In this document: positions 40,631-50,963 of the stretch, piece after piece
Numbering within the stretch: position 1 is the stretch's first letter
How the letters are laid out: every line of letters starts with the position of its first letter
NCBI GenBank assembly: GCA_963555815.3
Contig: CAUVWX020000001.1
Coordinates: 576,001-640,000, forward strand
DNA from: a bacterium
GTDB taxonomy: Bacteria; UBA8248; JACPRG01; G963555815
Length of the DNA stretch: 64,000 bases
Direction: 5' to 3'
Position numbers and translations under genes: made by a program
The notes under the pieces: generated by a model
Databases searched by the model: none
What the model saw: only the letters and a program-made list of their open reading frames with translations
Told to the model about the DNA's origin: nothing

Positions 40631-41152
40631 ATGCGGGGAACCGCCTGGAAATTTGGGGACAACATCTCGACCGACCTCATCGCCCCCGGTCGCTACTACC
40701 ACCTGCGCTCGAACATGCCGGAATTTGTAAAACATGTCCTGGAGGACGCAGACGAGAAGTTCGCCCCCGCCGCCCTCGCCGGGGACAAAACGTATATTGT
40801 CGTGGGGAGCAGGAATTTCGGCCAGGGCTCAAGCCGGGAGGTTGCCGCCCGGCTCATCAAGGCAGTCAACGTGCCCGTCGTCCTGGCCAAATCCTTCGCC
40901 CGAATCTTCTACCGCAACTGTTTTAACATCGGGCTTCCGGCCCTCATCCTGGACACAGAGCCGATCCAGCATGGCGACGAGCTGGGGATTGACATGGAGA
41001 AGGGCGAAATCAGAAATTTAACCCGGAAAGAAACTTATCAGAGCGGCGCTATCCCCCCTGTCATGCAGACCATCCTGAAGGAGGGGGGGATCGTCGAATA
41101 TGTGAAAAAGCACGGGGATCTGGTGTTCGACAATAAAATTAGTAGGGCATAA
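40631..41152 (+). CDS. leuD: 3-isopropylmalate dehydratase-family small subunit
   Basis: GDNISTD, NFGQGSSRE, SFARIFYRN. Confidence 0.85.
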   Translation: MRGTAWKFGDNISTDLIAPGRYYHLRSNMPEFVKHVLEDADEKFAPAALAGDKTYIVVGSRNFGQGSSREVAARLIKAVNVPVVLAKSFARIFYRNCFNIGLPALILDTEPIQHGDELGIDMEKGEIRNLTRKETYQSGAIPPVMQTILKEGGIVEYVKKHGDLVFDNKISRA

Positions 41153-41232
41153 ACCCTAACGTTTCCCCCCTAAAAAATCTTCCCGCACATCCTGCAAGAA
41201 CACACCATCACTCTGGCTGAGACGCATTCCGT

Positions 41233-42015
41233 CTAGGCCGTGCTTCGGCGGGCGGTCCAGGTGGCGACGAGGAACGTCGCGCCACAGAACAAAACCGTGA
41301 CCCCGAGCGAGAGGGCCATCTGAGGGACATCTCCCGCAGCCTCGGGGTTGCCAAGGTACATGCTACGGCGAAGCGCCGCCATGCCGTAGGTCAAGGGGTT
41401 CACCCGCATCGCCCACGCGAGCCATTGGGGAGCGCCAGAGATCGGAAAAAAAGCCCCGGAAAGCAGCCAGGCCGGAAAGAGAATGAGATTCATGATGGCG
41501 TGGAATCCTTGGGTGGAATCCAACCCCCAGGCGATGATCAGCCCAAGGTTCGTCATCCCAAAAGACATGAGGAACATCACCGCCACCAACAAGAGGACCG
41601 ATGGGACGGTCAAGGGGATCCCGGCGACAGGGGCGAGAAAGAGAAACAGAACACCCTCCAGAAGGGCCAGCGTGGTCCCGCCAAGGGCCTGGCCCAGGAC
41701 AATGCTCGACCGGCCGACAGGGGCCACCAGCACACCCTGCATAAATCCCTTCTGGCGGTCCTCAACGGTAGAAATGGTGGCAAAGATGGCGGTAAATAAA
41801 AGGGCCAGGGCAATAATGCCAGGATAGAAATATTCAACATAACTCGTCCCAATAGGGGTTCCAGGGGGTTGAAAGGAGGCCCCCAATCCGGCGCCCAGGA
41901 GGAGCCAAAAGACCAGCGGTTGCGCGAAGGCGCCAATGAGGCGGCTTCGCTGCCGAACGAACCGCTGGATCTCCCGCCACCAGAGCGTGACCACCGGAAG
42001 TAAAAAACCCTTCAT
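41233..42015 (-). CDS. ABC-2 type permease
   Basis: PGIIAL, EDRQKG, LLSGAFFP, NPLTY. Confidence 0.9.
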   Translation of the reverse strand: MKGFLLPVVTLWWREIQRFVRQRSRLIGAFAQPLVFWLLLGAGLGASFQPPGTPIGTSYVEYFYPGIIALALLFTAIFATISTVEDRQKGFMQGVLVAPVGRSSIVLGQALGGTTLALLEGVLFLFLAPVAGIPLTVPSVLLLVAVMFLMSFGMTNLGLIIAWGLDSTQGFHAIMNLILFPAWLLSGAFFPISGAPQWLAWAMRVNPLTYGMAALRRSMYLGNPEAAGDVPQMALSLGVTVLFCGATFLVATWTARRSTA

Positions 42016-42986
42016 GGCGCGTCTCCCGAAATTTCCTGCCCACCCCAGAGGCGATGTCCCGTCTGGTGGACAAAAACGTCTTCCAGGGTCGGCTTTCCAA
42101 AGGTGACCGATTTGACCTCGCCGGGAAAGGCCTCGACGACCTCCCGGACGAACTCGTGTCCGCGGGGGCGCTCCACCCGCAGGGTCCCGTCTATGCACAC
42201 AGGCTCACATCCGAATCGCTCCCGAATTTTTCGCCGCAGCCCTTCAGGGTCCTGAGGGAGGATGACCACGACGTCCCCTCCGATCTCTTTTTTCAGTCCG
42301 TCTGGAACTCCGAGGGCCACCAGCTTCCCCTGGTGGATGATCCCCACCCGATTGCACCGCTCGGCCTCCTCCGTGAAGTGCGTCGTCAGCAGGACGGTGA
42401 CGCCCTCTTCCCGGCGCAAGCGGTCCAGATGGTTGGTGAAGTCTCGGCGTGCGCCGGGATCAAGGCCCGTGCTCGGCTCGTCCAAGAGCAGGAGGGGTGG
42501 GCTATGAAGCAACGCCTTGGCGAGCTCTGCCCTTCTCTGAAGCCCTCCGGAGAGTTTGGCCACAAGGTCCCGGCGGCGGTCGCTCAAACCCAGCCGATTC
42601 AAGACCACCGTCGCCCGACTCTTTAGCAACTTCCCTCGTAAGCCGTAGAGATGTCCGTGGTGCTCCAGGTTTTCCATCACCGTGAGCTTTGGATCGAGGC
42701 TGGGGTGCTGAAAGACGACCCCCAAGCCCCTGCGGACGGCATGAGGCTCAGCAGCAACGTCGCGGCCAAAGATGCGGGCCCGCCCGCCCGTCGCCGGCAT
42801 GGAGGTGGAGAGGATATTGAAGAGGGTGGTCTTGCCCCCCCCGTTCGGCCCGAGGAGGCCGAAGATCTCTCCCCGGGATACGGAAAAGGTGACGCCCGCC
42901 AGTGCCTCCCGGGTCCCGTAGCTGTGACGGAGCCCCTCAACCGCGACAGCAGGAGTGTCCATCCCAGGGTTAGTTCCGCTCACCAT
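42012..42986 (-). CDS. ABC transporter ATP-binding protein (DrrA-like)
   Basis: GPNGGGKTT, LSGG, LLDEP, TTH, PTLEDVF. Confidence 0.93.
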   Translation of the reverse strand: MVSGTNPGMDTPAVAVEGLRHSYGTREALAGVTFSVSRGEIFGLLGPNGGGKTTLFNILSTSMPATGGRARIFGRDVAAEPHAVRRGLGVVFQHPSLDPKLTVMENLEHHGHLYGLRGKLLKSRATVVLNRLGLSDRRRDLVAKLSGGLQRRAELAKALLHSPPLLLLDEPSTGLDPGARRDFTNHLDRLRREEGVTVLLTTHFTEEAERCNRVGIIHQGKLVALGVPDGLKKEIGGDVVVILPQDPEGLRRKIRERFGCEPVCIDGTLRVERPRGHEFVREVVEAFPGEVKSVTFGKPTLEDVFVHQTGHRLWGGQEISGDAP

Positions 42987-43022
42987 GGATGCCTCTGCGA
43001 AAACGAGAAAGCGCTCGCCCTC

Positions 43023-43553
43023 CTAGAGGGGCGGGAAAAGCTGATGCAACATCAAATAGACGATCACCCCAGTCACCGAGACATACAACCAAATGGGGAG
43101 CGTCCAGCGGGCAATTTTCCTGTGTTTATCGAACTGTTCGCTCCACGCCCGATAGATCGTGGTCAGCACGAATGGAAGGATAACGGCGGCCAGCGTGATG
43201 TGGGAGATCAGCAGGGGAAAGTAGACCGCGCGAACCCAACCCTGCCCCCCGAAAGGAGTCGGGCCAACCTGGGAGTGGTACACCAGATAAGAGATGAGAA
43301 AGAGGCTGGAGACCCCAAAGGCTGACAACATACAGGCCCGATGGGTCGCCACCTTTTTCTGACGGATGAAGACATACCCGACGGCGAGCAGCACGGCGCT
43401 CGTCCCGTTAAGGAAGGCGTTGAGGGCGGGCAAGGCCGAGAGAGGATAATCTGGTTGGACCTGGGCCTGCCGCCCCGTCAGAAAAAATCCCAAGACCAAG
43501 AGCAGAGCGAGAGATAAAAGGCCTATTCCTGAGAGCGCCAACCGATCTCTCAT
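43023..43553 (-). CDS. DUF420 (CtaM/YozB-like) oxidase-associated membrane protein
   Basis: LPALNA, HRACM, FLISYLVYH, HRKIARW, WLYVSVTG. Confidence 0.9.
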   Translation of the reverse strand: MRDRLALSGIGLLSLALLLVLGFFLTGRQAQVQPDYPLSALPALNAFLNGTSAVLLAVGYVFIRQKKVATHRACMLSAFGVSSLFLISYLVYHSQVGPTPFGGQGWVRAVYFPLLISHITLAAVILPFVLTTIYRAWSEQFDKHRKIARWTLPIWLYVSVTGVIVYLMLHQLFPPL

Positions 43554-43632
43554 CTTCTCATCGCCATAGAAAAATTGTCGCCCTGAATTCATCACGGTCC
43601 TTCTGGTTTCCAGTCTGAAACTGCCAAAGAGG

Positions 43633-43956
43633 TCAACGGACGATAACCGATTTGTGAGGCGTTGGCGCGATTTTGTGACGGACCGCCACGTGGTCGGGAA
43701 GAAGCGCGAGAACCAGAATAACGCAGAGCAACAGTGGAATCAGGGCAATCACGCTGAGGGTCACGGGTTCGAACCTCAGGTGCATAAAATACATGGCGAC
43801 CAGCGTCACCTTGGACAATGCGAAACCCACCAACAGGATATTGATCACAACCTTGGCCAAAGGGAGGTATATGACGCCCACCTCAACGATCGTCAGGCCG
43901 ACAAGCCACCAGAACACCGCGAGGTAATTCGGCTCTTTTCTATGAGACGACACCAT
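43633..43956 (-). CDS. Cytochrome c oxidase subunit IV family
   Basis: LTIVEV, KVTLVAMYFMHLRFE. Confidence 0.88.
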   Translation of the reverse strand: MVSSHRKEPNYLAVFWWLVGLTIVEVGVIYLPLAKVVINILLVGFALSKVTLVAMYFMHLRFEPVTLSVIALIPLLLCVILVLALLPDHVAVRHKIAPTPHKSVIVR

Positions 43957-43968
43957 GGTTCCCACCGA

Positions 43969-44568
43969 CTACACCAGATAGACGAAAGTGAAGAGCAGAA
44001 TCCAAACGAGATCCACGAAGTGCCAGTAAAGCCCGGCGATTTCAACCTGGTTATGGTTCTCCCCTGAAAAACGGCCGCGAACCCCCAGGATCACGATACA
44101 GGAAAGGTAGATGGCGCCCCCGGTGACGTGGGCGCCGTGAAAACCCGTCAGGACGAAAAAGGTGGTCCCGAAGAGGGTGGACCCGAAAGGATTTCCGGTC
44201 AGCGTGAGGCCGCGATGGATGAGTTCGGTCCATTCCAAGGCCTGCAACCCCAGAAACAGCAGGCCTCCCAGGACGGTCAACAGGAGGAAGTTTCGCATCC
44301 GCCGGTGGTTTCCCCTGCGAATCGCTGCCAGGCCCTTCACCATGGTGACGCTGCTGCAGATCAGGATGAAGGTCATGACCGCCGTCAGGGGTATCCCGAG
44401 AACCTCCGACGGGACCGGCCAGTCGGCGCTTCCATAGCGCAGGGCGCCATACCCGGCGAGCAACCCCCCGAAGGTCATCGCGTCCCCCACCAGGAATATC
44501 CACATCCCCAGCTTGCCCGAGCTCTCGGGAATGAGGGGGGATTCTGTGGGTTCGACCGCTGCCTTCAT
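43969..44568 (-). CDS. Cytochrome c oxidase subunit III family
   Basis: KLGMWIFL, TGFHGAHV, GLYWHFVDLVW. Confidence 0.92.
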   Translation of the reverse strand: MKAAVEPTESPLIPESSGKLGMWIFLVGDAMTFGGLLAGYGALRYGSADWPVPSEVLGIPLTAVMTFILICSSVTMVKGLAAIRRGNHRRMRNFLLLTVLGGLLFLGLQALEWTELIHRGLTLTGNPFGSTLFGTTFFVLTGFHGAHVTGGAIYLSCIVILGVRGRFSGENHNQVEIAGLYWHFVDLVWILLFTFVYLV

Positions 44569-44890
44569 CGAAGCAACTTCCATCCATCTCCACGCTTCGG
44601 GTGGGGCCACCTTGGGCCGAAATCTCTCTTCGGTGGCGTACAGAAGCACGCCGGTGTGCCCATAAGAGCCACCCCGCGATGGACCCAACGACGGCGAAGG
44701 GCGCCACCATCAGGAAGAGGAGGGTCCCCTGGAACCCTTTGGCAAAGGGGGCGTCCTGGATCCAACAGAAGGCGCATGCCTCCGCCGAAACCGGAATGAG
44801 CAAGGGCGCCACCCACAAACCAGCCAGGAGATATCTCTTCGTCCTGAACGACACGCCTGAACACTTCTTGGAGATTATCCCGTTTCCCAT
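44565..44890 (-). CDS. Small exported CxxC membrane protein, 3' end unclear (possible frameshift)
   Basis: AEACAFC after a signal-like segment, then one TM; frame runs on without a stop into subunit III. Confidence 0.5.
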
Positions 44891-44916
44891 TTTTCCCTGT
44901 CAACCAATGGGACACC

Positions 44917-45612
44917 TCAGCTCAGATAGACGAGGGCAAAAAGAACGGGCCAAAGTCCGACCACGAAAAACCAATACATCCCACAGAGCTGAACGGCAAC
45001 GTGCCCTTCCGCGGAAAAGCGGTTTCCCGTTGCCCTGATGAGGACGACCAGGAGCCAGATGACCGCGGCGATCACATGAATCCCATGGCATCCGACCAGT
45101 GTGTAAAAGGTCGCCCCGTAAACCCCGCCCGACAACGTGAGGCCAAAGTGAAGGAGGCGGGCCCACTCGTACCCCTGGATCCCCAGAAAGATCGTCCCGA
45201 GAAGGGCCGTCGTTAAAAGTCCGCTCACGAGGCCTTGCCGGTTCCCCTCCCGGGCGGCGCGCAAAGCTCGAAACATCGAATAGGCACTGAAGAGCAAGAT
45301 GGCGGTGTTGACCCCGGTCACCCCGATGGGCAAGCGCGGCTGGTCGACGGGGGGCCAGATTGGGCTCCCGAGGCGAAAGGTGATGAAGGCGCCGATGAGC
45401 CCCACAAAAAACATCATCTCTGCCCCGAGAAAGACCACCATGCCCAGGCGGGCGTTGCTGATGGGCGGATCTAGGGGAGGGAGAGGGAATGGGGAGCCAT
45501 CGTTAAATGGAGGTTGAGGGGGCGGCGGAGGAGGGCCTTCTCCCCAGCGTCCCACCCCAGGGACATCCTTTACGAGATCGACTCCAGAACCTGTGGCTAC
45601 CCCTTGTGCCAT
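44917..45612 (-). CDS. Cytochrome c oxidase subunit III family (second copy)
   Basis: LGMVVFLGAEMMFF, NTAILL, GCHGIHV, MYWFFV. Confidence 0.9.
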   Translation of the reverse strand: MAQGVATGSGVDLVKDVPGVGRWGEGPPPPPPQPPFNDGSPFPLPPLDPPISNARLGMVVFLGAEMMFFVGLIGAFITFRLGSPIWPPVDQPRLPIGVTGVNTAILLFSAYSMFRALRAAREGNRQGLVSGLLTTALLGTIFLGIQGYEWARLLHFGLTLSGGVYGATFYTLVGCHGIHVIAAVIWLLVVLIRATGNRFSAEGHVAVQLCGMYWFFVVGLWPVLFALVYLS

Positions 45613-45657
45613 ATTACCCACCCATTGAGTCCATTCAGACCACGCACGTCCCCTCGT

Positions 45658-46563
45658 TTAGGTCGGAACCTTGTCGAGGGCCATGAACACGAGCAAAACC
45701 GGCAGATAGATCAGCGAGGCGAAGAGCAGGCGGCGTGCAGCCGCAGCCGATCTGGAGACTGCGAGGCTGATCCCACAGCCAAGGAACGCCACCCCGAGTA
45801 CAAGAGCCGCCATCAGATAGATAGACCCTGAAAGCCCGATGAGCGCCGGCAGGATGCCCACGGCGATGAGCGCCAAGCAGTTGCTCACGACCTGGCGCCC
45901 GGTGCTCCTGCCGTCTTGCTCCACGACCGGAAGGAGGCGGATACCCGCCCGGGCGTAGTCGTCTCGATAGATCCATGCGATGGACAGCGAATGGGGGAAT
46001 TGCCAGAGAAACAAGATGGCAAAGAGCACCCCAGCCTCCAGGCCCAGCTCGCCCCTGGCCGCCACCCAGCCGGTCACCGGCGGGAGGGCCCCTGGAATCG
46101 CCCCCGCGACACTGCACAGGGAGGTCTTCTGCTTTAGGGGCGTATAGACGAAGATGTACCCCACCACAGTGGCCGCGGTGACGAGGGCGCTCAGGCCGTT
46201 GACCATGAGAGCGAGGTAAAGTAACCCACTCACCGTGATGGTCACCCCGAAGTTCAGCGCCTCGGCGGGCTTCATCCGCCCGGCGGGCAGTGGCCGGAGC
46301 CTCGTCCGCTTCATCCGCCCGTCCACTTCACGTTCAAGGTATTGGTTCACCGCCACGGTGCCGCCGGCCGCCAGGGCCGCGCCGACGAGCGTCCGGACCA
46401 GCAGGAACCCATCCATCCCCCCCTGGGAACCCAGATAGAAACCCGCGAGCACCGTGGTCAGGACGAGCAGGACGACCCGGGGCTTCGTCAACTGAAGGAA
46501 GTCCCTCGCCCGTCCCTGGGCCTGGGCCCACTGCATGTGCAAGATGTGCGCACCAAGGGTCAT
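45658..46563 (-). CDS. ctaB: Heme O synthase (protoheme IX farnesyltransferase)
   Basis: LTKPRV, DGRMKRTRLRPL, YTPLK, WQFPH, YRDDY. Confidence 0.95.
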   Translation of the reverse strand: MTLGAHILHMQWAQAQGRARDFLQLTKPRVVLLVLTTVLAGFYLGSQGGMDGFLLVRTLVGAALAAGGTVAVNQYLEREVDGRMKRTRLRPLPAGRMKPAEALNFGVTITVSGLLYLALMVNGLSALVTAATVVGYIFVYTPLKQKTSLCSVAGAIPGALPPVTGWVAARGELGLEAGVLFAILFLWQFPHSLSIAWIYRDDYARAGIRLLPVVEQDGRSTGRQVVSNCLALIAVGILPALIGLSGSIYLMAALVLGVAFLGCGISLAVSRSAAAARRLLFASLIYLPVLLVFMALDKVPT

Positions 46564-47498
46564 GCGGGCACCTGCTCCGCGACAAGCCCCAGACCAACCC
46601 TGCGCTTCGGTAACGCCAGGAGCCGGTAGGAGCGAAGTGTCAGGACAAAACTGGTGGCCAAAATCGCCCCCCCGATGGCCACATGCCCCGTTGTGGGGAG
46701 GACGGCCTTCTGGGTCCAGATGGTGAAGGCGCCCAGCGTGAGCTCAAGAAACAGGAGGGCGGTCATCCCCAGCGCCGGACGGAACAGCCTTCCCTCCGCT
46801 CGATGCCCCCGGACCACCCGTGCCAGTGTCCAGATGATAAACGCGGCGACCGCCACGGCCCCCACGCGGTGCAGAAAATGGACAATGACTGTGGGATCAT
46901 TCATCGGCGGCAGGAGCCCCCCAAAGGCCAACGGGAAGTCAGGGATCGCCAGGCCGGCGCCCGTGTGCCGCACGAGTGCCCCCAGGACAAGTTGACCATA
47001 GATCACGATGGCCGTCGTGGCGCAAAGGCGCGGCAGAGAGGATCGGGCCTCCCCGACAGCCTGGTTGGCAAGGGTCTTAAATCTCGGACCGGTGAGCACG
47101 GCCAGCGCCACCGTCAGGCAAAAGAAGGTGTGGGCGAGCAAGGCGTGAGCCACCGAGACTGGGGTGGGCAAAAGAAATAGAACGGTAATCCCGCCGAGGA
47201 CCCCTTGGAAAACAACGGCCAACAGGGCGCCCACTGCCAGAGCCTTCACCCATTTTCTCGTCTCCCGAAGGCAGATCCAAACGGTCAGGACCAGCGTCAA
47301 GGCGCCCACAAAGGCGGCCGCCATCCGGTGCCCGTGCTCGTATAGCACGCCCCCCACCATAGGGGGAAAGAACTGCCCGAAGGAAAGGGGCCAGTCGGGC
47401 ACGGCGAGGCCGGAGCCGGTGCTGGTCACCAACCCGCCGACAAAGATCAGAAAGAAGGTTGCCCACGCCGTTAAGAGGGCGAATCCATGGAGTCCCAT
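46560..47498 (-). CDS. ctaA: Heme A synthase (CtaA/COX15)
   Basis: GLAVPDWP, EHGHR, QGVLGG, HFLHR; start uncertain. Confidence 0.9.
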   Translation of the reverse strand: MGLHGFALLTAWATFFLIFVGGLVTSTGSGLAVPDWPLSFGQFFPPMVGGVLYEHGHRMAAAFVGALTLVLTVWICLRETRKWVKALAVGALLAVVFQGVLGGITVLFLLPTPVSVAHALLAHTFFCLTVALAVLTGPRFKTLANQAVGEARSSLPRLCATTAIVIYGQLVLGALVRHTGAGLAIPDFPLAFGGLLPPMNDPTVIVHFLHRVGAVAVAAFIIWTLARVVRGHRAEGRLFRPALGMTALLFLELTLGAFTIWTQKAVLPTTGHVAIGGAILATSFVLTLRSYRLLALPKRRVGLGLVAEQVPA

Positions 47499-47554
47499 GT
47501 TGTTGGCCCTCGGGCGGTTCCTTAAAGGGAACACCAGTCCAGCCTCCCCGGTCC

Positions 47555-49318
47555 CTAATACGTTGCCGCCGGTTTTGGGACCAGGGGTCGATCCTGCGGA
47601 AGCCAATCCTCCGAAACCTCGGGCGAGCTGTACTCATAGGCGCTTCGATAAACGATTGGAAGGGCCTCGCCCCAGTTGCCGTGGGGGGGCGGTGAGGGAG
47701 CACTCCACTCCAGGGTGTTCGCCTGCCATGAGTTCGCCTCCGCCCGCTTCCCAGCAAAGAGACTCCAGAAGAAATTGATCACCAGCACGATCTGCGCCGC
47801 GCCGAGTGCAAAAGCACTGATGGTGATGAAGACATTGATGGGCTGCAGCGTCTGCAGAAAGTCATACTGCAGAGGGTTATAAATCCTGCGCATCATCCCC
47901 CCGACGCCAAGGATGTGCATCGGGAAGAAGACGCCGTTGAACGCAATGAACGTCGACCAGAAGTGAATCTTTCCGAGGGTCTCGTTCATCATCCGGCCAA
48001 ACATCTTCGGGAACCAATAGTGAATCGCCCCGAAAAGGCCGAAGAGGCTGCCGCCAAAAAGCACATAGTGGATGTGGGCGACGATGAAATAGGTGTCGTG
48101 GATGTAGATGTCTACCGGGGCTGACGCCATAAAGATGCCGCTCAAGCCCCCGATCACAAACATGGAAACGAAGGCCAGCCCGTGCAGCATCGGTGTGGTG
48201 AAGCGGATCGAACCGCCCCAGAGGGTGCCGAGCCAATTGAAGGTCTTGATGGCCGACGGCACGGCGATCACCATCGTCGAAAGCATGAAGCTCGTGCCCA
48301 GCACCGGGTTCATCCCGCTCTGGAACATATGATGACCCCAGACGATGAACCCCAGGAAGGCGATGGCCATCATGGCGTACACCATGGCCCGATAGCCAAA
48401 GATGGGCTTTCGAGAAAAGACCGAGAGGATCTCCGATCCGATCCCCATGGCCGGGAGAATCAGGACGTAGACCTCCGGATGGCCGAAGAACCAGAAGAGG
48501 TGCTGCCACAGGAGCGGCTCTCCCCCGCCCGAGGGAAGGAAGAAACTCGTCCCCAGGGCCCGATCGAGGAAGAGCATCGCCAGGGCTGCGGTCAGGACGG
48601 GCAGCGCCAGCAAGAGGAGGATCGCCACAATGAAGAGGGACCAGATCACCAACGGCAGGCGAAAGAATGTCATCCCCGGGGCCCGCATGTTGATAATCGT
48701 GGTGATGTAGTTGATGGACCCCATGAGGGACGAGAAGCTGAGGATAATGAGGCTAATGATCCAGAGGTTCTGGCCCCAGTCCACTCCGGTATAGGTCACA
48801 TTCGCCGTCAGGGGAGCGTAGGCGGTCCAGCCGCCAGCCGCATGCCCCCCTGGGACGGCGAACCCGGCCAGCATCACAAGGCCTGCCAGCGCACCGGCCC
48901 AGAAGGAGAGCATATTGAGGACAGGAAAGGCCATGTCCCGGGCCCCGATCATGAGAGGGATCAAGAAGTTCCCAAAACAGCCGACCAGGATGGGCATGAG
49001 CACAAAGAAGATCATGAGCGTGGCGTGCATCGTGAAGAGCATGTTGTAGAAGTCGGGCGGGATGATTCCGCCGTACATGTAGGGCTCAGGAACCCACCCG
49101 AAGCCTGGCACCGGCGTCTCCGGCCACGCCAGTTGCCAGCGCATCAGGAGCGCCATCAGCCCTCCCAGGACCATCATGAAAAGGCCCATGAAGAGAAACT
49201 GCTTGGCGATCATCTTGTGGTCTGTCGAGAAGACGTACGTGCGCCAAAAGCCCAGATGTCCGTGGTGGACACGGGCTTCCTGCATAGCCCCCGCCGACTC
49301 GCTCACCGCCTCACCCAA
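47555..49318 (-). CDS. ctaD: Cytochrome c oxidase subunit I, A1 type
   Basis: TDHK, TMHA, WFFGHPEVY, VWGHHM, HDTYFIVAHIHY. Confidence 0.97.
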   Translation of the reverse strand: MGEAVSESAGAMQEARVHHGHLGFWRTYVFSTDHKMIAKQFLFMGLFMMVLGGLMALLMRWQLAWPETPVPGFGWVPEPYMYGGIIPPDFYNMLFTMHATLMIFFVLMPILVGCFGNFLIPLMIGARDMAFPVLNMLSFWAGALAGLVMLAGFAVPGGHAAGGWTAYAPLTANVTYTGVDWGQNLWIISLIILSFSSLMGSINYITTIINMRAPGMTFFRLPLVIWSLFIVAILLLLALPVLTAALAMLFLDRALGTSFFLPSGGGEPLLWQHLFWFFGHPEVYVLILPAMGIGSEILSVFSRKPIFGYRAMVYAMMAIAFLGFIVWGHHMFQSGMNPVLGTSFMLSTMVIAVPSAIKTFNWLGTLWGGSIRFTTPMLHGLAFVSMFVIGGLSGIFMASAPVDIYIHDTYFIVAHIHYVLFGGSLFGLFGAIHYWFPKMFGRMMNETLGKIHFWSTFIAFNGVFFPMHILGVGGMMRRIYNPLQYDFLQTLQPINVFITISAFALGAAQIVLVINFFWSLFAGKRAEANSWQANTLEWSAPSPPPHGNWGEALPIVYRSAYEYSSPEVSEDWLPQDRPLVPKPAATY

Positions 49319-49355
49319 TCTTCCCTGGGGGCTGGTTGACCAGCTGGCCTACGCC

Positions 49356-50030
49356 TCACGAATCTTCCTCCTGGGAGGACGGCCAGTTTCTCTCGACCCA
49401 TCTTTGGTAATCCTCTGCAGAGTGGACAGTGAGATATCCCTTCATCCCGGAGTGTCCGAATCCACAGAGCTCAGCACAGGGCATCTCGTACTTACCCGGT
49501 CGGGTCGCCTCGAACCAGGAATCGATATCTCGCCCCGGCACGGCGTCCTGCTTGAAACGCAGGTTCGGGATAAAAAGGCTGTGGATGACATCGTCCGACT
49601 TCAGGATGACCCGCACCACCTGGTTGACAGGGACGTTCATATTATTGTCCGCCCGGAGGTCATCCTCAGTCCCGAACTCTCCGTCAGGCCCCGGATAGAC
49701 GATCTCCCAGCTGAACTGTTTTGCCGTAACGCGGACCTGGATCTCACTGGCTGGGAGGGATTCTTTAATTCTCCCCCACAGCGGCCTGCTCATGATCGTC
49801 AGCATGATCATGATGCCGGCGGTGACGACGGTCCAAAGGATTTCCAGATAGGTATTCCCGTGTAGATAGGTCGCCCGCCGGCCTTCACGGCGGCGGAACA
49901 AAATGAGGAAGGCCACCATGACGGTCATCACCAGAATGAAGGTCACGCCCGTGATGTTGTAGATGAGAGAAAAGAGGGAGTCGATATCCTTTCCGTAGGT
50001 TGATGCATTCTCGGGAAGCCACCTGAGCAT
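49356..50030 (-). CDS. ctaC: Cytochrome c oxidase subunit II
   Basis: DVIHS, CAELCGFGHSGM CuA motif; two TMs; no fused cytochrome c. Confidence 0.95.
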   Translation of the reverse strand: MLRWLPENASTYGKDIDSLFSLIYNITGVTFILVMTVMVAFLILFRRREGRRATYLHGNTYLEILWTVVTAGIMIMLTIMSRPLWGRIKESLPASEIQVRVTAKQFSWEIVYPGPDGEFGTEDDLRADNNMNVPVNQVVRVILKSDDVIHSLFIPNLRFKQDAVPGRDIDSWFEATRPGKYEMPCAELCGFGHSGMKGYLTVHSAEDYQRWVERNWPSSQEEDS

Positions 50031-50169
50031 CAGGATCTCCCAGCGCTTTTCACGGTCTCGCTTTGGCCAAGAGGGTGATTAGGACTCGTAAGGGTGGCAA
50101 ATATTCATCAAGACGCACGACACAAACCCGGCGACATCACCCGCATGGACTGGGGATAGGTGCCCTCGA

Positions 50170-50922
50170 TTACTTCCCCTCGAGGGCCACCGTCAGGGTG
50201 GTCGTTTCGTTGGGCTTTACAGTGACCTGCTGAGAAGCCTTGCCGAGTGACTCCTGCCAGACTTCCAGCGTATAGGTGCCGGGGGGCACGTTGGCCAGGG
50301 TGAATTGGCCACCTTTGTCGGTCACCGCAAAGTAGGGGTGGGCGGCGGCTACGATATACGCATTCATCCAGGGGTGTACGTCGCACCTGACATTGATCGT
50401 CTCTGGCGTCCGGAAGGACTTTCCCTTCAACACGAGCTTCCTCGGGGGCTTCAGGAACCTTGGGTGGGCCTTGTTCAAAGGCGCGTTCTTTTCAGGAAAG
50501 GTGTGAATATTGTGCAGGACCCCATCATTATTGAGGGCGTTGACGTTCTCCCCCGCGCGGACCAGCAAGACGTGGGGACGGTAGGTGCACCCATTTTGGT
50601 CCAGCACGGCCTCCGGCAGGTCCCACTTTTTCCCCGACTGCACGTCGGTCAAGGAGACAACAGCCCATCGAACACTGCCGTCCTCGCCGACGACCAGGCT
50701 TTCATCCATAATGGGCTCTTTCCCGCAGGCTTCCAGGTCCTTGGTGACCTCGAGCAGGCTGGGCGGGGGGGGGGTTCCCATAAATTTTATGGCGCCGGCG
50801 ATGGTGCCACCATCCGTCACATCACCCTCCTCGTATGCCGCTTCGCCCCCTTTGAAGGCCCACACCACGGGCACTAAGACCAGAGCGAGTACGACAAACC
50901 CGACCCATTTCATTCGCATCAT
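50170..50922 (-). CDS. Exported cupredoxin-like / carboxypeptidase-regulatory-domain protein
   Basis: Signal peptide; LDQNGC, LHNIH, CDVHPWM, VPPGTYTLEVW. Confidence 0.8.
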   Translation of the reverse strand: MMRMKWVGFVVLALVLVPVVWAFKGGEAAYEEGDVTDGGTIAGAIKFMGTPPPPSLLEVTKDLEACGKEPIMDESLVVGEDGSVRWAVVSLTDVQSGKKWDLPEAVLDQNGCTYRPHVLLVRAGENVNALNNDGVLHNIHTFPEKNAPLNKAHPRFLKPPRKLVLKGKSFRTPETINVRCDVHPWMNAYIVAAAHPYFAVTDKGGQFTLANVPPGTYTLEVWQESLGKASQQVTVKPNETTTLTVALEGK

Positions 50923-50963
50923 TCCCTCTCCTTCCTAAATGGGGTTGCCGATCTAGAGTGGGT

